This document shows positions 58,350 through 64,000 of a stretch of 64,000 bases of DNA, in pieces. The notes below the pieces were generated by a model, which had not been told where the DNA came from, did not search any database, and worked only from the letters and a program-made list of their open reading frames with translations. The position numbers and the translations under genes are program-made. Location of the stretch: IMG/VR virus record IMGVR_UViG_3300032236_001613, positions 1 through 64,000 of that record; one strand, given 5' to 3'. Positions within the stretch are counted from its first letter, which is position 1, and every line of letters starts with the position of its first letter.

Positions 58350-58470
58350 TACAGCCGGTGGGGTGGTTCTCACAGACTGATGCGCTGCATCAAAAAGTCT
58401 GTGAGAACCGGTTGACAACTGCTCTGCAGCGTTTATAATAGAATACACACGCAACCACCATAGGTGATTT

Positions 58471-58761
58471 ATGGCTACTACGAATGTGATCCGCATTGCT
58501 TTAGACGAGCGTATTGTTGAACGCTTGAAGAAGCCAATCCTCAAGGTTTGGCAGCAGGTCAGTCACGATGTCATGCGAGATGCTGAAGATATGGGCGAAC
58601 GCATTGACAATGAGAGCGCCATAGAGTGCTGCATTGATGCAGATCGTTTGCGCTATGAGGCTAACGATCGCGCTGCAGACGACTTTTTTAATATGATTTG
58701 CACCGAGCACGGCTATCCAGCTGTTCTCACGTTCCTTTCCAAAAAGATACGATTGGTTTAA
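58471..58761 (+). CDS. early hypothetical protein
   Basis: TTGACA-17-TATAAT promoter, AGGTG SD. Confidence 0.7.
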   Translation: MATTNVIRIALDERIVERLKKPILKVWQQVSHDVMRDAEDMGERIDNESAIECCIDADRLRYEANDRAADDFFNMICTEHGYPAVLTFLSKKIRLV

Positions 58762-58956
58762 TGAGATGATCATAGAAGTTATTAAAGCTGTCTACAACAG
58801 CCGAACGGGACAGCTGAATGTTACACTCAGCGACGGTGCCCGCCAGGTTGTGGTAGAAGGTGTAGAAAACATCGAGCGGGATTACCTGCTACGCGAGTTT
58901 TACAGTCTCGCACGTTGGTCTGCTGCAAACGTGAACAAGGTCTAGCGGGGTATTAT

Positions 58957-59118
58957 ATGGATATAGAACGAGAACAACTGCACGCACGTATACAACAACT
59001 GAAAACTCGTGCAGCAGCCGCAGAAGCATTACTGCTGAAGATCGAAGTCACCCTATGGGATCGTTCGGAAGCTAAAGACATTCAAGATCTCATACACAAC
59101 TATTTCAAGAGGGACTAG
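58957..59118 (+). CDS. small coiled-coil hypothetical protein
   Basis: Probable start MDIEREQL. Confidence 0.5.
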   Translation: MDIEREQLHARIQQLKTRAAAAEALLLKIEVTLWDRSEAKDIQDLIHNYFKRD

Positions 59119-59119
59119 T

Positions 59120-59422
59120 ATGCGCTACCGTCCAAGTCAAGAAACTATTGATGCTATTCTAAAGAAACAAATGACTGATGAGGATATTGCTCGCTACCGA
59201 CGTGCCTCACGCTTATACAAGATCTCGGGTGTTGTTGCTATTACTATCTGGCTGGGATGGATCGTAACTGGCTTCTTACACTTCAACAAAGCCAACGATA
59301 TCTTGTTTGAAGGCTTGTGGGCATCGTTGTTCTTTTGGGGTTACAGCATTTGGTTCGGTAACTGCGATCTACATCGTATGGATTACGTAGATCGTTTAGA
59401 TCGCAAAAAGCGTTCTCAGTAA
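59120..59422 (+). CDS. two-TM membrane protein
   Basis: Two hydrophobic segments; GAGG SD. Confidence 0.65.
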   Translation: MRYRPSQETIDAILKKQMTDEDIARYRRASRLYKISGVVAITIWLGWIVTGFLHFNKANDILFEGLWASLFFWGYSIWFGNCDLHRMDYVDRLDRKKRSQ

Positions 59423-59661
59423 TGCAAACGAAAGCTGGACGTAACCGGCCGTGGGGCTAATCCCAAGACTACAAACGCGAAGCTGGAGACAGGTTCTTGG
59501 GAAAATAGCACGACCGTACTATAAAACGACCGTGCTAATAGCACGACCGTTTGATCCCATGACTACAAACTTGCGCAAGCTCTTTGACCTAGTGGGAGAG
59601 GTTGACAACCCGTTTGCAGCCTCTTATAATGTATTTGTAGAGTTAACATAAGGCGGTTGAT

Positions 59662-59931
59662 ATGATTAAATTCAACAAGCACTTTGTCTCGAATGGCACT
59701 TTGCGTGCTCGTTGCTGGTATACTGTGGACAATCGTATTGATGGACGTCGATGCGTCTCAATATACGCTAAAGACTACGGACACCAATTGGCTCAGGTTA
59801 TTACCACTGCAGAGTACAAGAACGATACAGACATCTCAACGGATTACTTTGAAAAAGGTAAGATTGTTTTGTTTGATGATCATCCTCTGTACTCAGAAGC
59901 GCGAAAGCGTGCCTTAGCCAACGAACGCTAA
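59662..59931 (+). CDS. early hypothetical protein (D-x5-DYF motif)
   Basis: TTGACA-17-TATAAT promoter; terminator at 59940-59970. Confidence 0.7.
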   Translation: MIKFNKHFVSNGTLRARCWYTVDNRIDGRRCVSIYAKDYGHQLAQVITTAEYKNDTDISTDYFEKGKIVLFDDHPLYSEARKRALANER

Positions 59932-60398
59932 GTCGTTCTAATACGCAGGCTCAAGTCCTGCGTATTTTTTAACAATTGGAAACCCCAGTGAACTACGTGC
60001 ACGCACGTGATTGCCCGTGGGGTAGCCCCAAGATCTGGTTCTTTGGCCATAGAAGAAGGTTTTTTTACTGTCTTGGGGTTGCCCCACTTTTAGCCGCTGC
60101 AGGCTGCCGTATTTGATAGCGGGGTATTTAAAATCCCACTATAAAAGAGCTACAGCTGGCAACAGGATCTTGTGGTCACAACACTTTTTTAATATTATCA
60201 AAAATATTTTTAAGATTATGTTGACTTCTCGATAGATTGTGTTAAATTAGTACACAGAGCCGAACAGGGCGGCTTAACTTAACTAGGGGAGTTCCATTGA
60301 TGTTACTGCAATCTAAAACTCTCACCACCAGAAACTGGGCAAAAGCTCAGCATCCGGTGGGAACTGCTCTCAGTCGTTGTCGAAACTAAAACCATAAA

Positions 60399-60944
60399 CT
60401 AGACTGGGATGTAAAGCAACTCCTCGCCGGGTGGGACTACTAAATCCCTGGCCCTCCTCACCAAATCAGGATCCGCTAGCGTGAGAACATCCAACAACGC
60501 AGTCTTCTCCTCAAGGTAAACACGAGCAAACTTCGGATCATACCTTGTGATTGTGGCAGAATTGGAAATCATGTCCGCAACTTTGATCGTCTGCGCCGCC
60601 GCAGGCGCTCGACTCAAATGCTCACGATCAATGGCTTTACGTGCACGTCGATTACCGTCCGTGGGCCTAGATACATCTGTAAGCCAATGCACAAGGTTAG
60701 CCACCGCCTCTCCAAACTCCTCATAAAGCACATCATAGGTGACACTAGTGTCTTCCAAAACATCATGCAACCAAGCTGCTGCCAACATTTCATCCGTGTG
60801 CTCAACTGATTGCACAATACCCACAACTTCTGCTGGATGCACAATATAAGGCTCGTTTGTGTACTTACGACGCTGCCCAACAGCAGCATGAGCAGCAGTA
60901 GCAAAGATACGAGCATGATTCACCAATGGGTTTGTTTTGTTCAT
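60399..60944 (-). CDS. HD-domain small alarmone hydrolase (SpoT-HD/Mesh1-like)
   Basis: AH..Q.RK...EPYIVHP..V, AAWLHDVLEDT, IKVAD..SN; TTGACG-17-TATAAT-6-ATG. Confidence 0.85.
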   Translation of the reverse strand: MNKTNPLVNHARIFATAAHAAVGQRRKYTNEPYIVHPAEVVGIVQSVEHTDEMLAAAWLHDVLEDTSVTYDVLYEEFGEAVANLVHWLTDVSRPTDGNRRARKAIDREHLSRAPAAAQTIKVADMISNSATITRYDPKFARVYLEEKTALLDVLTLADPDLVRRARDLVVPPGEELLYIPV

Positions 60945-61095
60945 GAGCACATTATAACAGCAAATCCACGACCCGTCAATCAATCGATAGCGGGGTATTT
61001 AAAGACCCCACTACTACTGGGGCATATATAGCTAGGCCGATAGCGGGGTATTTAAAAGGAATAGCTGTGCACCCAAAGAGTGCACAGCATATCTA

Positions 61096-61512
61096 TCAAA
61101 CAATTACTTGGTAGGGCTTCCGCCAACTGCCTACGTGAATGCTGCAGTAGTATGCAGTATCAAAGTAGTCGATCTCACTGCGAGTATTGTCGTACCATTC
61201 AGCTGACTTGAGAGCTGCTAACAACTCTTCCAACGCCGTACGAGCAACACCTTCATAGTGGTCATGAATCCAATAGACGTTAACATCCTCATAGCCACTA
61301 GTATTGGGCCGAAAACCATGCATCTGATAACGCTGGTTCTGCCCACAGAACTCATTGCTGTTGCCGATAAAGTCGATAGGTCCCGAAGTCAACTTCAACT
61401 GAATAGTGCTGTGATTGCCAACACTGAGAGAACCCTTGAGCCCATACTTCTTCAACACGGGCTTGACAGCTGCTGCGATAACAGCTTTCTTCTCTTGATT
61501 CATATAAGCCAT
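61096..61512 (-). CDS. early conserved phage protein (possibly LPD29-like)
   Basis: K.SLSV.NHSTI...WYDNTRSEIDYFDTAYY; AGGAG SD. Confidence 0.6.
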   Translation of the reverse strand: MAYMNQEKKAVIAAAVKPVLKKYGLKGSLSVGNHSTIQLKLTSGPIDFIGNSNEFCGQNQRYQMHGFRPNTSGYEDVNVYWIHDHYEGVARTALEELLAALKSAEWYDNTRSEIDYFDTAYYCSIHVGSWRKPYQVIV

Positions 61513-61566
61513 TGCATGCTCCTAAACAAAGGGCGACAGCACTATTGCTGCCGCCCATGCAATATA

Positions 61567-61794
61567 CTACTCTTCCCAACCGTAGTCGATCTCGCTAGTG
61601 GTATCAAAAGTCCACTGCAAACGATCACGGAAGTTAACAGAACGCACACGATCACGCTCACGATCCTGCAACTCAATGTCTGCAGCATCTTCCTCGTCAT
61701 CGGTGATATCAGCTTCGAGCTCAGCATCATCTGGCAACTCGATATCCATACGCTCATCAGCGTCCAAAACATCAGCAATGGTAAAACGGCTCAT
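61567..61794 (-). CDS. highly acidic 75-aa protein
   Basis: About one third D/E; AAGGAG SD and TTGACC promoter. Confidence 0.65.
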   Translation of the reverse strand: MSRFTIADVLDADERMDIELPDDAELEADITDDEEDAADIELQDRERDRVRSVNFRDRLQWTFDTTSEIDYGWEE

Positions 61795-61916
61795 CTCAAG
61801 TGCTCCTTTGCACTAACTCTACAGCTCTAAGTATACGCTCTGCGTACTATAGGTCAACCGTTTTTAAAAAGAAAAGTTGGGCAGTTTTGAGTGTTGCCCA
61901 GCACCGGAGCAGCCTG

Positions 61917-62132
61917 TTAAACTGGCAGCTTGATCTCAAGGATCTGAGCCTGCTCGCTCACAAAGTTATTGCGAACGATGCCCGTCCAAAACGCAGTCTC
62001 AGTGATGTGATAACGCAAACCGCCCGAGGCAGTGCCATTGCCCGAAAGCATACGAGCTACAGCACGCACACTCTTGAACGTGCGGCGCTCGCCCGAAGGA
62101 AAAGTAACGTCAATCTTGATTGCCTTGTTCAT
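61917..62132 (-). CDS. small putative DNA-binding protein (NUMOD1-like)
   Basis: RTFKSVRAVARML; AGGAG SD; TTGACA promoter. Confidence 0.55.
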   Translation of the reverse strand: MNKAIKIDVTFPSGERRTFKSVRAVARMLSGNGTASGGLRYHITETAFWTGIVRNNFVSEQAQILEIKLPV

Positions 62133-62239
62133 GTCATTTGCTCCTGTTTGTGATGACATTTACTAACTCAACGCATGTAGTCTACAGTCTTTTATCCAAC
62201 CTGTCAACTACTTTTTACCAACTTTCTTCAAACAATTTT

Positions 62240-62314
62240 TGGTAGGACCGGAGAGATTCGAACTCTCGACCAACGGATTAAAAGTCCGCTGCTCTACCGC
62301 TGAGCTACGATCCC
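62240..62314 (-). tRNA. tRNA-Lys (UUU), CCA encoded
   Basis: GGGATCGTAGCTCAGCGGTAGAGCAGCGGA-CTTTTAA-TCCGTTGGTCGAGAGTTCGAATCTCTCCGGTCCTACCA folds as a cloverleaf. Confidence 0.95.
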
Positions 62315-62336
62315 ATTCGAAACTAGTGTATACTAC

Positions 62337-62504
62337 TTAATAAGCGTCTGTAACCTCGCGGTCCGTACGCCAGTTGTAGCGCAATTCCCGCTCATGGTCC
62401 TTGGCACTCTTGTGTGTACGAGGACGGTTAAATGTGTTAAGATTGCGGGCTACAGGATTGCTCTTGCGGCGCCGGTTCTTGTCCAAATAGTTGTGATCGT
62501 TCAC
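62337..62504 (-). CDS. 55-aa basic peptide (missed by ORF track)
   Basis: GTG start, AGGAG SD, TTGACC-17-TATACT; MNDHNYLDKNRRRKSNPVARNLNTFNRPRTHKSAKDHER... Confidence 0.6.
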   Translation of the reverse strand: MNDHNYLDKNRRRKSNPVARNLNTFNRPRTHKSAKDHERELRYNWRTDREVTDAY

Positions 62505-62967
62505 TGTCTGCTCCTGGCAGCGTTTAGTGTCTATACAGTATACGCAGCCCGTGGGGTAAGGTCAACCACTCCCCAAGAAATATTTTTTTAAGCTTGAACT
62601 AGGTCGTGGGGCAGGATCCCAAGATTTGGATCTCATGATTCTTGACATCTTGTGGGGCAAAATCATATAATATAGGCTGAAATTTGTGGCAAAAGTGCCA
62701 CAAAATCGGAGGTTCTCTTGACCATTTCTTGAGATTTTGAGAGGAAAAGTTTAGAAAATTTTGGGCAAAATTGAGGTTGACCTCCTCGGGGATGAGAGGC
62801 TATGCTAGAATACTTCTCTCACCTTTCGCCATCATTCTGGCCATTTTTTCGTCATTATTTCAGATGTTTTGGCCATTTTTTCTCATTGTTCTCATCAGAA
62901 TTTCTACACACGGAGAGTGTGTATAGATTCAGAGTTTTATCGTTGTTAGTCGATGATGAGTCTACTG

Positions 62968-63201
62968 TTAATCAAAGTTACCAATGGATAGAGTCACGCT
63001 TGAACGGATTACGCGAGCCAAGAGTAGGATTGCAGCAGTATGTTGGATATCAAGCTGTTGAGTAGTCCAATGATAGTAGTTAACCACAGCCCAGTTCCAT
63101 AGTTGACTAACCAGTACAGCAGCGAATAGTACAGCTACGATTGTTAGAGCTGTGCGTAAGAACAGTTCGTTCCAGGAGGGTAGTTTGTTTGTGTCTAACA
63201 T
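62968..63201 (-). CDS. small membrane protein
   Basis: Two hydrophobic stretches; TTGACA-17-TACAAT promoter, AAGGA SD. Confidence 0.6.
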   Translation of the reverse strand: MLDTNKLPSWNELFLRTALTIVAVLFAAVLVSQLWNWAVVNYYHWTTQQLDIQHTAAILLLARVIRSSVTLSIGNFD

Positions 63202-63330
63202 AGTGATCGGATCCTTATGTGTTAGTGTGTAGAGAGTATTGTACGAGGGTTAGTTGGAGATGTCAAGTGTTAGTAAAAAATCTGCGCGATACGCTAGTGC
63301 GTAGTATTCTACAGCGGGGTATTATGGTCG

Positions 63331-63603
63331 TTAGGCAAAAGTATGTATCCAACGCCAGTCGCTGTACTTAAGTAGCAATAGAGTGTATTCTGGTGGAGTG
63401 TGTATAGTTAGCAGTTCGATATCGCCTCTTTCTATTAGAGGAGCTGCCACTTTGTATTCGCGTCGTCCAGGAGGGAGTTCTTTAACACAGTAGTGGGCAA
63501 ATGTCAGTTGATGATAGCCGCCCACTTCCTGTATGTAACATAACAAGTGATCGATTTTAAAGTATCTAGGCCAATTAGTTGCGATCATCGCGAGATAGTG
63601 CAA
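63331..63603 (-). CDS. hypothetical protein
   Basis: Overlaps upstream ORF; ends TLLLLKYS. Confidence 0.45.
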   Translation of the reverse strand: MHYLAMIATNWPRYFKIDHLLCYIQEVGGYHQLTFAHYCVKELPPGRREYKVAAPLIERGDIELLTIHTPPEYTLLLLKYSDWRWIHTFA

Positions 63604-63766
63604 ACAAGCGGTAGATATTGTAGACAGTAATCACTGCTGCTGCTGTAAAAATGATCTTCAGTAGGACTGCGCCCGCAGGTGGGTAGAGGTAAGCCACTAC
63701 GAAAACTGCAAAAATAGTAGCCAATAACAGGGCTGTCTTAGCAGCCGCAACCATATCGATATTCAT
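63575..63766 (-). CDS. small two-TM membrane protein
   Basis: AGGAG SD; TTGACA-17-TATAAT promoter at about 63797-63825. Confidence 0.6.
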   Translation of the reverse strand: MNIDMVAAAKTALLLATIFAVFVVAYLYPPAGAVLLKIIFTAAAVITVYNIYRLFALSRDDRN

Positions 63767-64000
63767 AATCTTCTGCTCCTTTTTAAAGTGTGTACATTAT
63801 ACTAGAGTTAGAGTCGGCTGTCAACGACGCTGCAGCAGCTCGGTCAAGCAGCGGGCCAAGTAGTAGTCTTCGTGCTCAATAGCACGTACAGCCAAACTTT
63901 TGACATTAGCCCAAAGATCGGGTTGACTGTCCTCTGCAGCGTAGTGTTCTTCGACCTGCACACCACGAGTCTTCAACTGCTCAATCAACTCTGGATAGGC

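Noticed and set aside
62240-62314. Prophage attachment site at the tRNA
   Set aside because: No integrase, no duplicated tRNA 3' end and no host genes in the window
62802-63065. Phe-rich 87-aa ORF
   Set aside because: Translation of a T-tract repeat region that overlaps a better-supported minus-strand gene
53620-64000. CRISPR array or mini-array among the intergenic repeats
   Set aside because: Repeats are short, irregularly spaced and separated by genes; no constant repeat-spacer period and no cas genes
1-64000. Stop-codon reassignment
   Set aside because: Core genes are full length in the standard code and TAA, TAG and TGA all end genes; the only tRNA is Lys, not a suppressor

Overview
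64 kb from a large, lytic, T4-like (myovirus-type) dsDNA bacteriophage read in the standard genetic code. No CRISPR, rRNA, integrase or IS element was seen. It has five zones. (1) 1-12.6 kb: a tail-fibre/adhesin island with collagen-like G-Y-x-G-S-x repeats, LamG lectins, an S74-chaperoned fibre, Gly-rich adhesins and two 2OG-Fe(II) oxygenases. (2) 12.6-31 kb: neck/tail/head genes (gp15, gp14, gp13, gp1, gp18, gp19, gp4, core proteins) and a large terminase gp17 carrying an Ala-start class 3 intein with a LAGLIDADG endonuclease. (3) 31-44.6 kb: replication/recombination genes (gp32, UvsX, UvsY, UvsW, primase, helicase) plus a 192-aa miniature Pol III-alpha-like protein, a Pol-beta NTase and a HAD nucleotidase. 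(4) 44.8-53.6 kb: about 10 unrelated late genes sharing a T4 internal-protein-like N-terminal tag (M-R/Q/H-hydrophobic-x-E-L-L-x-E). They encode putative virion-loaded effectors, including an ADP-ribosyltransferase fold, a kinase fold and a Tat-signal protein. (5) 53.6-64 kb: a compositionally distinct early region of tiny sigma70-driven genes, tRNA-Lys(UUU) and a small alarmone-type HD hydrolase. Its spacers hold a strand-polarised AGCGGGGTATT motif (8 copies), GGG-Nn-CCC palindromes, duplicated promoter cassettes, paired IHF sites and a GA/TC-depleted segment. At least 16 late genes appear to be leaderless (TAAATA, 5-8 nt, ATG). All family calls come from motif recognition by eye; no database searches were run.
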